Below, one piece after another: positions 1 to 11,964 of a stretch of DNA of 46,638 bases (the first letter of the stretch is position 1; the number at the start of each line of letters is the position of its first letter). The notes below the pieces were generated by a model, which searched no databases, was not told the origin of the DNA, and saw only the letters and a program-made list of their open reading frames with translations. The DNA lies in NCBI RefSeq assembly GCF_004010195.1, contig NC_057718.1:16338128-16384765 (forward strand), given 5' to 3'. The position numbers and the translations under genes were made by a program. Origin of the DNA: Chiloscyllium plagiosum. Its lineage: Eukaryota.

Positions 1-1050
1 TATGTAGTGCTGTAGACTACAGCAGCAGGAGAAGCAGAACAGCATTCAACCACAACCTGTAACTTTTAGCCTCGAATAATTTCCTCAGTCTGCCATTGCC
101 ATCAATACGATCTATGTTTCAGTAATGACTGTGGGTGAACATGACTGGATCAGAACCACGTGAACCTAAACCTGACGCGAACCCATTAAAGCTACCACAC
201 TTGACTAACAGATCTGATCGAAGCTCCGCAATCCTGTCACGTTCTGTCATAAATGGTGATGAATTATTAAACAAATGACTGGAGCAAAGGGATTCACAAA
301 TATCCCCATCCTCAGTAATCGAACAGCTCTGCATATCAGTGTAAAAGACCAGGATGTGGTAGCTGCACCAACCTCAGCCAGAAGTGTTGAGTTGATGGAC
401 CACCTCACCCTCGCCATGATACCCACAGAATCAGAGATGCCAGTCTTCAACCAATTCAATTTGCTGTACGTGACATGAAGAAACAGCTGAACACAGTACG
501 TACGAAAAAGACAATGGTCCCTGACCCCATTCCTGCAATAGGACTGAAGACTTGTGCTGCACAACAAGCCGTGTCCCTGGGGAAGCTGTTTCATTCCAGC
601 TCCAACTCTGACATCGCCCTGGTAATGTGGAAAATTACTCAAAAATATCCAGTTCCTAAGAGGATTATAATTACAATCTGAGCAGTTACCTCCCCCGCCA
701 TGATACCCACAGAATCAGAGATGCCAGTCTTCAACCAATTCAATTTGCTGTACGTGAGATGAAGAAACAGCTGAACACAGTATATACGATAAAGGCAATG
801 GCCCCTGACACCATTCCTGCAATAGGACTGAAGACTTGTGCTGCACAAGCCGTGTCCCTGAGGAAGCTGTTTCATTCCAGCTCCAACTCTGACATTTCCC
901 TGGTAATGTGGAAAATTACTCAACTATGTCCAGTTTCTAAGAGGATTATAATTACAATCTGATCAGTTACCTCCCCCTCAGACCCACCACGATAGTCAAA
1001 TTGGTGGGAGTTCTTTTTGACAGAGTTATCAAACAGCACAGAAATAACCT
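1..1050 (+). mobile_element. Degenerate CR1/L2-group LINE ORF2 fragment (EN-RT linker and start of RT)
   Basis: Translations KQMTGAKGFTNIPILS and KKQLNTV..KAMAPDTIPAIGLKTCAA..VSLRKLFHSS...MWKITQLCPVSKR match the LINE pre-RT pattern (KA.GPD.IP..LK....L..LF..S....WK...V.P..K). Similar sequence lies on the minus strand at 2880-4550. Confidence 0.7.
412..976 (+). repeat. Tandem duplication, 2 x ~284 bp (412-695, 696-976), inside the LINE fragment
   Basis: Both copies start cgccatgatacccacagaatcagagatgcc and end cagttacctcccc. They differ by scattered substitutions and a 3-bp indel. Confidence 0.95.
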
Positions 1051-1084
1051 GCTCAGTATGATTTCTGATAGGTCCCCATGTCGA

Positions 1085-1560
1085 GATGGTGCTACTGTGG
1101 AAAGGTCACTGGATTACTAATCCAGACCAGGCTAATGCTCTGGCAGCTGGTGTAACTTAAACACAATTGACAAAATATTAAGATGCAAAATCTGGTGTCC
1201 GTAAATAGTGACCTTCAAGCCAATGGCGATTGTACACACCAATTTGCTTCACAAATGTACTTTCAGAAAGTGAATATCCTGTGCTTTCCTGGTCTGGCCT
1301 AAACGTGACTGCAGACACACAGACATGTGATAAACTTTTCATGACTGCAGACACACAGACATGTGATAAACTTTTCAATGGTCTCCGAATCCGCCAAACA
1401 ATCCATTCTATTGTATCAAAGTGTTCCGAGCTCTAAAGGATAAAACCAGACAGAACACCCGGCCGCAGCCTCAGTATCGGAAAAGGGAATGAGAAACACA
1501 GTGCTGTTGACCCTGCAGACACCTCCTTCCGAACATCTGAGAGCTTGTGACAACATTTAC
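1085..1560 (+). mobile_element. Putative SINE-like/LINE 5' region running into a degenerate APE start
   Basis: Recalled resemblance to an abundant shark repeat (ggtcactggattactaatccag...cctggtctggcctaaacgtgactgcagac), followed by ccctgcagacacctccttccgaacatctgagagc. Not verified by alignment. Confidence 0.35.
1306..1377 (+). repeat. Perfect 36-bp tandem duplication
   Basis: tgactgcagacacacagacatgtgataaacttttca occurs twice (1306-1341, 1342-1377). Confidence 0.95.
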
Positions 1561-1569
1561 AGACTACAT

Positions 1570-2850
1570 AGAAACATTGGAAATGGAGTAGGCCATACAA
1601 TACATTGAGCCTTCCCCATTCCAGTTAATGTTCAAACATCACCTCAATGCACTTTTCCCACACACTGTACACATCCCTTAATGTGTTTAACCGTGGGAAG
1701 CGATAAAGTAGGAAGTGCAGTAGTCCATTTGGTCTGTCGAGTTTGCTCCCCAATTCAATATAATGATACCTGGCCCTTTATTTCCATATCGTTCTCCTTC
1801 TCTCCCAACATTCCTTTCCTGTCTCTAAGTCCGTATTTATATTCAGTGTCTTGCCTTCCAGGTTCGAGCGCATTCCCCAGGTTCTCCAGTCTCTGAAGGC
1901 AGTCATTTATTGTCATCTCATTGCAGAATAGTCTGTCTGTACCTAATACAGTGGACCCTTGTTTTAGACACCAGAACCTGGGGAATTATTCTCCCTGCTT
2001 CCAATCTGCCTTACCCTGTCAGAGCTTTATATATCTCAATGAGATCTCCACCCATTTTCCTAATCCCCATGGAAAACAGGCCCAGTCGCCCCAAACTCTG
2101 CTCCCACAACAAGCCTATCATCCCAGAGATCAGTCTGGTCATCCTTCACTGCACTCCCTCAATGTCAGGTTTGTCCTTTATTAGGGACGGAGACCAAACC
2201 TGCACACAATACTGCACAGTGTTTGAGATGGGGTCTCACCAACGCTCTGTTCAGCTGCAGTAAGACACCCTTTCTCCTGGATTCAAGTCCCCCTGAAATG
2301 AAGGTCAGCACATCATTTATCTTCCTAACTGCGTTCTGCTCCTGCAATATCGCTTTCAATGACTGGTCTACAGAGAGATCCAGATCCTTTGCAATGTTGC
2401 AGGTCCCCACTTCGTGGGTCTATGTACACTGGGCAGTGTATGAATGCCATTCCCAGTATTGATTTCTGGCTTCAGAACTCACTGCACTGCAGGGACCTTG
2501 GAGGGCTGCGCAGAAGGAAACAACAAAAAGGCGCATCCGTCGCTTTTTAGATCAACATGTTTCAAACAATCTCTTTTCAAATGAAAAGCTGCCAATCTCT
2601 TTTTCCCACCAAATGGCACACCGTCACCTCTACCCACATTACTCTCCATCTGCCACATATTTACCCATTCACTCCACTTGCCTTAGTCACCTTGAAGCTT
2701 TTTTACAACCTCCTCACCCACTCGCAATCCAACATCCTTTATTTCTATCAGCAGGTTGGGATATATTGCATTCGATTCCCACAACCAAAGGTTTATGTAT
2801 ATTGTGAACAGCTGGGACCGAGCACCAATCCCTGTGATACCTCAGCAATC
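1570..2850 (-). mobile_element. Degenerate CR1 LINE 3' part (RT C-terminus and 3' UTR)
   Basis: Minus ORF 2165-2410 reads ISGGLESRRKGVLLQLNRALVRPHLKHCAV, the CR1 'L.LY..LVRPHLEYC' motif. Further RT remnants at 2600-2850. Confidence 0.75.
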
Positions 2851-2874
2851 TTCCTCTGTTAAAAAAATCTGTTT

Positions 2875-4550
2875 TTTCAATTTATTTACTTCGTGAATCT
2901 GTGTGTGACTGGCTGGGCCAGCATTTATTGCCTGTCCCTGGTTGCCCCTTGAGAAGGTGGTGGTGAGCTGCCTTGTTGAACCGCTGCAGTCCACTGAGGA
3001 TTCAGTGATAGTAACACCATTGAATGCCAAGGGCAGTGTTTAGATTGCATTTTAGTGGTGATGGTCACGGTCTTGCAATTGTGTGACGTGAATATGGCTT
3101 GCCACTTGTCAGCCTGGATACTGTCCAGATCTTGTGGTAATTGGCCGGATTGGACTTGTTCTGCTTTTTACGCATAGGAGATACTTGGGGTAATTTTCCA
3201 CGTAATTGGGGAAATGTAATTGTTATAACGGTATTGGAACAGCTTGGTGAGTGCAGTGACAAGTTCTGGAGAACAAAGTTTCCGTACGATTGACAGAATG
3301 TTGTCAGGGTATGTACCCTCTGGGGTATCCAGTGTCTCCAACTGATTCTGGATATCGCGTGGAGTGAATCAAATTGGCTGATGGCTGGTAACTGAATTGC
3401 TGAGGACCACTGGAGGAGGCTGAGGTGCATCATCCATTCAGCACTTCTGACTGAAGATTATTGTGAATGCATCAGCCTTATCTTATACACTGAAGTGCTG
3501 GGCTTTTCCATCATTAAGGATGGGAATAATTCTGGAATCTCCTCCTCCAATGACTTATTTAATTGTCCATAACTATCCTCAACTAGAAGTAGAAGGACTG
3601 CAGAGCTCAGATCTGATCCGGTGCTTAGCTCTGTCTATCACTTACTGCTTATGATGTCTGGCGCACAGGTAGTCCTGTTTGGTGACTTCACCAGGCTGGC
3701 ACCTCATTGTCAGGTATGCCCGGTGCTGCTCCTGCCTCCCTGCACACTCCATTGAACCAAGGTTGATCCTCTGGTTTGATGGTAATTGTTGTGAGGAGGA
3801 TATGCCAGGCAATGAGGTTATGCAGGAGTACAATTCTGCTGCTATTGATGACCCACAACACGTTAAGGAAACTCAGATAGATCTGTTCGAAGTCTGTCCC
3901 AGTTAGCACGGTGATAGTGCCACCTAAAATGGTGGAGGTTATTCTCAATGTGCAGGTGTGACTTTATCTCCACAATTACTATGCAGTGGTCACTCTTACC
4001 GATAATGCCATGGACAGATACTTCTGCAACTGGCAGATTAGTAAGGCTGTAGTCAAATATGGCTTTTCCCTCTTGTGGGTTCCTTCATCACCTGCCGTAG
4101 ACCCAGTCTATCAGTTATATCCTTTTGGACACGGCCAGCTCAATCAGTAATGCTGCTGCTGAACCACTCTTTTCGTGGACATTGACATCCCCAACTCAGA
4201 ATACATTTTGTGCCTTTTCCACCCTCAGAGCTTCCTCCAAGTGTTGATCAGCAAGGAGGAGTACTGACTCCTCAGTTGGGAGGGACTGGTACACGGTAAC
4301 CAGAAGGAGGTTTCCTTTCCCAAGTGTAAACTAACGCCATGAGACTTCATGGGATACAGAGTAACTGTCGAGGATTCCCAGAGCAATTCCCTTCCAACTG
4401 TACCCCACTGTGCCACCACTTCTGCTGTGTCTGATCTGCTGGTGAGACAGGAGATATCCGGGAAGGTGATGGGGAGTCTGGGACATAGTCATACTCACAG
4501 AATCAGAATTAAATATAATGTCCGGCAGTTGCTTCATAAGTCTGTTTATT
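2875..4550 (-). mobile_element. Degenerate CR1/L2-group LINE (APE, linker, RT start, 3' tail; internally deleted)
   Basis: Minus translations ITIKPEDQPWFN and KKQNKSNPANYH. The minus strand ends ...gggacaggcaataaatgctggcccagccagtcacac near 2880-2940. Confidence 0.7.
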
Positions 4551-4751
4551 TCTATTCACTCTTTCCTGCCAGTTGTCCGATTCTAGAAGCTTGTCCATAT
4601 ATTCGCCCCAATCCACTAAGATTTGATTTTGAAATCTGGGCTTGGAGCTTTAGCAAACTTTTTCTGAAAATCCACATGTTTTACATCCATTGCTTCTCTT
4701 TCGTTTGTCTCCCAGTCTGTTTCTCAAACATAATTCCCATTTTACAAATCT

Positions 4752-5746
4752 NNNNNNNNNNNNNNNNNNNNNNNNNNNNNNNNNNNNNNNNNNNNNNNNN
4801 NNNNNNNNNNNNNNNNNNNNNNNNNNNNNNNNNNNNNNNNNNNNNNNNNNNNNNNNNNNNNNNNNNNNNNNNNNNNNNNNNNNNNNNNNNNNNNNNNNNN
4901 NNNNNNNNNNNNNNNNNNNNNNNNNNNNNNNNNNNNNNNNNNNNNNNNNNNNNNNNNNNNNNNNNNNNNNNNNNNNNNNNNNNNNNNNNNNNNNNNNNNN
5001 NNNNNNNNNNNNNNNNNNNNNNNNNNNNNNNNNNNNNNNNNNNNNNNNNNNNNNNNNNNNNNNNNNNNNNNNNNNNNNNNNNNNNNNNNNNNNNNNNNNN
5101 NNNNNNNNNNNNNNNNNNNNNNNNNNNNNNNNNNNNNNNNNNNNNNNNNNNNNNNNNNNNNNNNNNNNNNNNNNNNNNNNNNNNNNNNNNNNNNNNNNNN
5201 NNNNNNNNNNNNNNNNNNNNNNNNNNNNNNNNNNNNNNNNNNNNNNNNNNNNNNNNNNNNNNNNNNNNNNNNNNNNNNNNNNNNNNNNNNNNNNNNNNNN
5301 NNNNNNNNNNNNNNNNNNNNNNNNNNNNNNNNNNNNNNNNNNNNNNNNNNNNNNNNNNNNNNNNNNNNNNNNNNNNNNNNNNNNNNNNNNNNNNNNNNNN
5401 NNNNNNNNNNNNNNNNNNNNNNNNNNNNNNNNNNNNNNNNNNNNNNNNNNNNNNNNNNNNNNNNNNNNNNNNNNNNNNNNNNNNNNNNNNNNNNNNNNNN
5501 NNNNNNNNNNNNNNNNNNNNNNNNNNNNNNNNNNNNNNNNNNNNNNNNNNNNNNNNNNNNNNNNNNNNNNNNNNNNNNNNNNNNNNNNNNNNNNNNNNNN
5601 NNNNNNNNNNNNNNNNNNNNNNNNNNNNNNNNNNNNNNNNNNNNNNNNNNNNNNNNNNNNNNNNNNNNNNNNNNNNNNNNNNNNNNNNNNNNNNNNNNNN
5701 NNNNNNNNNNNNNNNNNNNNNNNNNNNNNNNNNNNNNNNNNNNNNN
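4752..5746. other. Assembly gap (N run)
   Basis: Run of N. Confidence 1.
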
Positions 5747-6049
5747 ATTTCTGGGAGAATTTCTGGATATTCTGCCTTGAAGATAGACATAAATAAACTG
5801 TTTCTTTCCCCTGTGATTTCTCTGTTCTCTTCAATAAATTACCCTGTCCGCACACCCACTGTTCCACATTTTGTTTCATACACTGATGTACTTTTTTTTA
5901 GCAGTCTTTATATTTTTCTTTTGTTTGCATGCTTTTTCGCTTTTTGATTTTCTTCTCAGTTTCTTGGTCATCCGTTACTGGGTCCAATATTTCTCCGACT
6001 CCACTGGCTTACTACAACACTTGGCATTTTCTAAGCTGCTTCCTTTGGT

Positions 6050-6726
6050 TTAATAGATAGTTGAAAGTGAGGCTGAAAGGTTTAGGTCGGAGAGGAGGGT
6101 GGACAAGATTGATGGGAAGGAAGATGAACACATAGGAACGTTCAAAAGGGGGAGTGTGCTGAGTTGGTAGATTTGACTGGGATAAAGTGGAGTTTGGGGA
6201 AATGGGGAAACTGGTGAAATCTACATTAATCCCCTGTGGTTGGAGGGTCTCAAGGCAGAAGAGGAACCTTTCTTCATCCATGTTTTGGGTGGTTAGGGTT
6301 TGGTGATGGAGGAGGCCCAGGACTCTCATGTCCTTGGCAGAGTGGAAAGGAGATTTAAAGCGTTCAACCACAAGGTAGTGGAGTTGGTCATTGTGGCTGT
6401 TCCAGCGATGTTCTCTGAAATAATCAACGTGTGTATCGCCAATGTAGAGAAGACCACACTGAGTTTAAAGGATGCATTAGTTGAGGCGTTCTGTCTCCCT
6501 TCATCACTTATCACTTTCAACCCACCTTCATCTACCTATCACATTCCTAGCTACCTGCCTCCTGCCATACCCCCTTCTCATTTATCTCGAAGCTCCCTTG
6601 ACCCAGAAGCCTCATTCCTGATGAAAGGTTGTGCACGAAACGACAATGCTCCTGTTCCTAGTAAACTGACTGACTGCGCTTTTCCAGCGCCACTGATCTC
6701 CAGCATCTGTAGTGCCCACTTTCTCC
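6050..6726. mobile_element. Penelope-like element fragment with an inverted 5' part: GIY-YIG C-terminus on the minus strand (6050-6460), 3' end with degenerate hammerhead on the plus strand (6500-6726)
   Basis: Minus ORF KDMRVLGLLHHQT..EERFLFCLETLQPQGINVDF matches the end of the Penelope-like ORF at 28250-28410. The plus part ctcattcCTGATGAaagg...cGAAAcgac...ctgatctccagcatctgtagtgcccactttctcc matches 28630-28764. Confidence 0.8.
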
Positions 6727-7659
6727 TCAGACCTTCAGGGCTTGCATGATTCAGATTTATAACAGTTACTTCAAATTAAAAAAAAGCTACCGTGTACTCA
6801 ATCAGCATAAAAGAAAACCAATGCATTGTGGTCACTGATTACAAAAGGTCTTCTACAGCAAAGTTTTCAATTAGCTTTTCTGGTCATCCAACGCCAATTC
6901 CGAAATATCCTGATCTCCAGCTCAGTGCTCGACAAAATGTTAATGCCAGCTATCTAACACATGCTCATGAAATCTATTTTTCCCAGCATTAGCATTCAGT
7001 TGTGTTAACACAGTTTAGATATAATGTAAACAGGGCATTATTACTGCAGTACCCACAAATGTGTATGTCTCATTTTCCTGTTTTATAACATGCCCAACAT
7101 TTGTATTGCAGCTTTTACTTTGATATATAACTCCAATCAATGTTTCCTTCTCCTTGCTGTTTTTACGCTCCACATTACAAGATTCTGTAGAATCTGAGTG
7201 ACATGGGCTTTGGGGAGATTAATGGTAGAGATCATCTCGCCACATCATTTATGTTCTTCTTAAGCAGCATCGTGACATTTTCTCCATATTTCCCGTTATG
7301 TTAGTGGAGTAGAGAAGGACTTTGATCGTTCAACAATGCTCTGTATTATCCCCAGAGAGCTAAGACTGCTCTCTCCTGGGTGGAGACCTTACAGCAGGGT
7401 GGTAAAGCATTGCTGCTGCTGTACAAGATCTTAGTAACATCACATCTGCAGTAGGGTGTACAGATTTTGTCTCTTCAATGAAGAAAGGATATTGTTATAT
7501 TGGAAGCAGCTCAGAGATGGTCCCCTCAACTGATTCCTGCAATGAAGATGCTAGCTTACAACAAAAGGATAATTAGGTTGATCCAATAGCCATTGGAGTT
7601 TACAAAAATGAAAGAAGAACTTATTTCAACATAGATGACAGGAAGGAGTCAAAAACTGA

Positions 7660-8420
7660 AGAAAATTACACAGATAGTGGAGGAATCCATTCCGTTCACC
7701 AGCCTGTTACACAGGAACAACAGAAGATATTCAGGCATTTGACCCTGTTACACAGAATAGGGTGAGGCTGTTATGCCCCTGGAGCCTAATGTATATTTAC
7801 AGGAGAAGGCCAATCAGCCTCTCGAATTCATAACACTGGACCCAGAGTAGGTCACGCGACGCCAGTATCCTGTTACACAGTAACAGGATCAGTCCATTCA
7901 GCCTCCTCAAGTTTGTAACATAGGAACTGGAAGCGGTCACACAGTGACTGGAGATTTATTACACTGGTATAACAGGAGGTCATTCAGACCCACCGAGCCT
8001 GTTGCAAGGGAATTGGATAAGGATAAAAACTATCTGAGACTTATTTCATGAGAAAGGAAGAAATAATTCAGTCATATGTCTGTTGTATGGGAACAAGAGA
8101 AGGCCAATCGCTCCCTTGGTCCCATCTCCAGGATACATGAGGAGACCATTCAGTGTCTACACCTATTATGAATGAATATGAGAAGACCCATCAGCCCCTC
8201 AATATGTTGCACGGCAACAGGAAGATTCCATAATCCCCCACCCGTCTAACGCATCAACAGGAGGAGGTCATTCTGGCCTTGGAGATGACAGTATGGGAAT
8301 ACCAGAAAGACTTCATCCCATCGATTTTGTATACCAGCAGGATGATGAGTCCATTCAGCCACATTCATTGCTTCTTACACAGCAATTGGAACCTTTTGCC
8401 CGTGAGACAGGAATTCAAAG
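7660..8420 (+). repeat. Old diverged ~42-bp minisatellite (second copy ~9680-10440)
   Basis: Recurring unit approximating cctgttacacaggaacaggaggaggccattcagcccctcgag. The cctgtt anchors at 7703, 7744, 7869 and 7998 fit a ~42-bp period. Confidence 0.7.
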
Positions 8421-8957
8421 AAAACGTAAAGGTTTTCGAAAGGGAAGAACTTGCAATAGATGTACACATTAATAAGTAAAATGTAACAATAAAACTATTG
8501 TAATTTGAGGCAAATTATTAGAATCCACTGTTGAGGACATTTGCAAAGTTAAACCACAATCCATCGGAGTAAACATGGTTTTACAAAGATTAAATCAAGT
8601 TTGAAGTGTTCGCTTGAGTTACTTTAATATGTGGTATCTAGTCTTCCAGAAGGCATTGGATGTGTCGCTTCTCCAAAGAGGGTAAGTGGTAAGATCAGAC
8701 AACATGGGTTTAGGAGTAATTTATTAGCTTGGATGGAGGATTGGTTAACCAACAAAATGGAGTCAGATGGAATAAATGCGTCATTTTCTTTTGGAAAATG
8801 CAATTTGTAGAGTGCCATTGATTTCAGTTCTCATGCCTCAACCATTTGCGATGGACATTATTACTCGTTTGACGGGATAGAAAATACTTTAGCGATATTT
8901 TCTGTTGTACTTCTGAATGGTGATGCAAGAGATTTAAAACTACATGGATAGGTTGGG

Positions 8958-9505
8958 NNNNNNNNNNNNNNNNNNNNNNNNNNNNNNNNNNNNNNNNNNN
9001 NNNNNNNNNNNNNNNNNNNNNNNNNNNNNNNNNNNNNNNNNNNNNNNNNNNNNNNNNNNNNNNNNNNNNNNNNNNNNNNNNNNNNNNNNNNNNNNNNNNN
9101 NNNNNNNNNNNNNNNNNNNNNNNNNNNNNNNNNNNNNNNNNNNNNNNNNNNNNNNNNNNNNNNNNNNNNNNNNNNNNNNNNNNNNNNNNNNNNNNNNNNN
9201 NNNNNNNNNNNNNNNNNNNNNNNNNNNNNNNNNNNNNNNNNNNNNNNNNNNNNNNNNNNNNNNNNNNNNNNNNNNNNNNNNNNNNNNNNNNNNNNNNNNN
9301 NNNNNNNNNNNNNNNNNNNNNNNNNNNNNNNNNNNNNNNNNNNNNNNNNNNNNNNNNNNNNNNNNNNNNNNNNNNNNNNNNNNNNNNNNNNNNNNNNNNN
9401 NNNNNNNNNNNNNNNNNNNNNNNNNNNNNNNNNNNNNNNNNNNNNNNNNNNNNNNNNNNNNNNNNNNNNNNNNNNNNNNNNNNNNNNNNNNNNNNNNNNN
9501 NNNNN
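8958..9505. other. Assembly gap (N run)
   Basis: Run of N. Confidence 1.
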
Positions 9506-10479
9506 GAAAGGATATTGTTATATTGGAAGCAGCTCAGAGATGGTCCCCTCAACTGATTCCTGCAATGAAGATGCTAGCTTATAACAAAAGGATAATCAGG
9601 TTGATCCAATAGCCATTGGAGTTTACAAAAATGAAAGAAGAACTTATTTCAACATAGATGACAGGAAGGAGTCAAGAACTGAAGAGAATTACACAGATAG
9701 TGGAGGAATCCATTCCATTCACCAGCCTGTTACACAGGAACAACAGAAGATATTCAGGCATTTGACCCTGTTACACCAGAATAGGGTGAGGCTGTTAAGC
9801 CCCTGGAGCCTAATGTATATTTACAGGAGAAGGCCAATCAGCCTCTCGAATTCATAACACTGGACCCAGAGTAGGCCACGCGACGCCAGTATCCTGTTAC
9901 ACAGTAACAGGATCAGTCCATTCAGCCTCCTCAAGTTTGTAACATAGGAACTGGAAGCGGTCACACAGTGACTGGAGATTTATTACACTGGGATAACAGG
10001 AGGTCATTCAGACCCACCGAGCCTGTTGCAAGGGAATTGGATAAGGATAAAAACTATCTGAGACTTATTTCAAAAGAAAGGAGGAGATAATTCAGTCATA
10101 TGTCTGTTGTATGGGAACAAGAGAAGACCAATCGCTCCCTTGGTCCCATCTCCAGGATACACGAGGAGACCATTCAGTGTCTTCACCTATTATGAATGAA
10201 TATGAGAAGACCCATCAGCCCCTCAATATGTTACACGGCAACAGGAAGATTCCATAATCCCCCACCCGTCTAACGCATCAACAGGAGGAGGTCATTCTGG
10301 CCTTGGAGATGACAGCATGGGAATACCAGGAAGACTTCATCCCATCGATTTTGTATACCAGCAGGATGATGAGTCCATTCAGCCACACATGCTTCTTACA
10401 CAGCATTTGGAACCTTTTGCCGGTGAGACAGGAATTCAAAGAAAACGTAAAGGTTTTCGAAAGGGAAGAACTTGCAATA

Positions 10480-11960
10480 GATGTACACATTAATAAGTAA
10501 AATGTAACAATAAACTATTGTAATTTGAGGCAAATTATTAGAATCCACTGTTGAGGACATTTGCAAAGTTAAACCACAATCCATCGGAGTAAACATGGTT
10601 TTACAAAGATTAAATCAAGTTTGAAGTGTTCGCTTGAGTTACTTAAATATGTGATATCTAGTCTTCCAGAAGGCATTGGATGTGTCGCTTCTCCAAAGAG
10701 GGTAAGTGGTAAGATCAGACAACATGGGTTTAGGAGTAATTTATTCGCTTGAATGGAGGATTGGTTAATAAACAAAATGGAGACAGATGGAATAAATGTG
10801 TCATTTTGTTTTGGAAAATGCAATTTGTAGAGTGCCATTGATTTCAGTTCTCATGCCTCAACCATTTGCGATGGACATTATTTTTCGTTTGACGGGATAG
10901 AAAATACTTTAGCTACATTTTCAGTTGTACTTCGGAATGGTGATGCAAGAGATTTCAAACTACATGGATAGGTTGGGATAATGGGCAAAAATTTGGCAAT
11001 GAAAATTGAAGTCGATAAATGTAGGGTTATTCAAGTTGGCCAGCGTAGCAGAAAGGCAAATTATTATCTAAATGGAGACAAACTTCAAACTGCTCAGGTA
11101 CAGAGTGATCAGGGTATCAGCTTGCGTATCACAAAAAAAAACTGCCTGCGAGTACTGCAAGTATTGAGAAATGCAAGCATAATTTCAGCATGTATTTGTA
11201 AAAGGACAGAGTAGAAATGTAGGGAGTCTTGCTGTAGCTATACAAGGCATTCGTGAGGCTGTACAAGTGTTTGTCTTATGAAGAGAAACTGAGCAGTTCG
11301 GGCCTATACTCTTGAGTTTATAAGAATGAAAGGAGATCCCATTGAGGTCTGCAAATGCTAAATGTAATTGAAAGTGTAGAGGTGGAGTGATTTTCTTTTC
11401 ATGTGGCGCAATCTACAACAAGAGACTAGAGATTGAGGATGGAGAGATGGCAGGAAAGTGGAACAGAGGGCGCGATGACATCAGCCATGAGTGTATTCAA
11501 TGGCGGAGCAGTTTCGAGGGGTTGGATTCCTGACTGAGGGTCCTTATTTATATTCAGCCTTTCACTGTGTTACACAGTAATGGGGGAGTACTTGGGGGAG
11601 TACTGTGTATCAAACAGGAAGCAGGCAATCTGGATAAATCAGTCTTAATCAGTTTGACCGAACGCCACCAGTGGAGTCACACAGTGACCAATGCTGGGTC
11701 CCCAACTATTTACAATCTATGTCAATGATCAGGAGAATGGAACGGAAATACAGATACTGAGTTTGGTCATGTTGCTGTGATAAGCAAGAGATTAAATTAG
11801 CAAGAGAGGGTAGAGGGTCCACAGATAGATACAGAGAGGTAAAGGCAATGGATAATAATTTGGGAGGTGGAAGATAACATGATATCCTCTGTCATTTCAT
11901 TTATTGGAATAATGGAAGGCAGTACGTTACTGAAATGGAGAGGGATTACAGCACTTAATG
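10480..11960 (+). mobile_element. Degenerate CR1 LINE RT and 3' fragments
   Basis: ORF 10981-11214 (DKCRVIQVGQRSRKANYYLNG) is a CR1 RT C-terminal motif. gtgaccaatgctgggtccccaactatttacaatctatgtcaatgat near 11685 corresponds to 'SVLGP.LF.IY.ND'. Confidence 0.7.
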
Positions 11961-11964
11961 ATAC

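Larger units (their letters stand above)
7483..10977 (+). repeat. ~1.47-kb near-identical direct duplication flanking a gap (7483-8957 and 9506-10977)
   Basis: Both copies run gaaaggatattgttatattgg...tacatggataggttggg. Copy 1 ends exactly at the gap and copy 2 begins exactly after it. Confidence 0.95.

Noticed and set aside
1306..1377. 36-bp direct repeat of CRISPR-like length
   Set aside because: Only two adjacent copies with no spacer; a simple tandem duplication.
4349..5947. Long ORFs of 170-530 aa spanning N runs (also 8824-9612 and 15317-15904)
   Set aside because: Artefacts of translating assembly gaps as X.
7660..8420. Periodic repeat as a possible CRISPR-like array
   Set aside because: Units are contiguous and uniformly diverged, with no constant repeat plus unique spacer, no cas genes, and a eukaryotic context.
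8279..8479. Duplicated 65-66 aa ORF (also 10303-10500) as a small gene pair
   Set aside because: It lies in the decayed minisatellite within a probable false duplication, has a non-ATG start and no recognisable domain.
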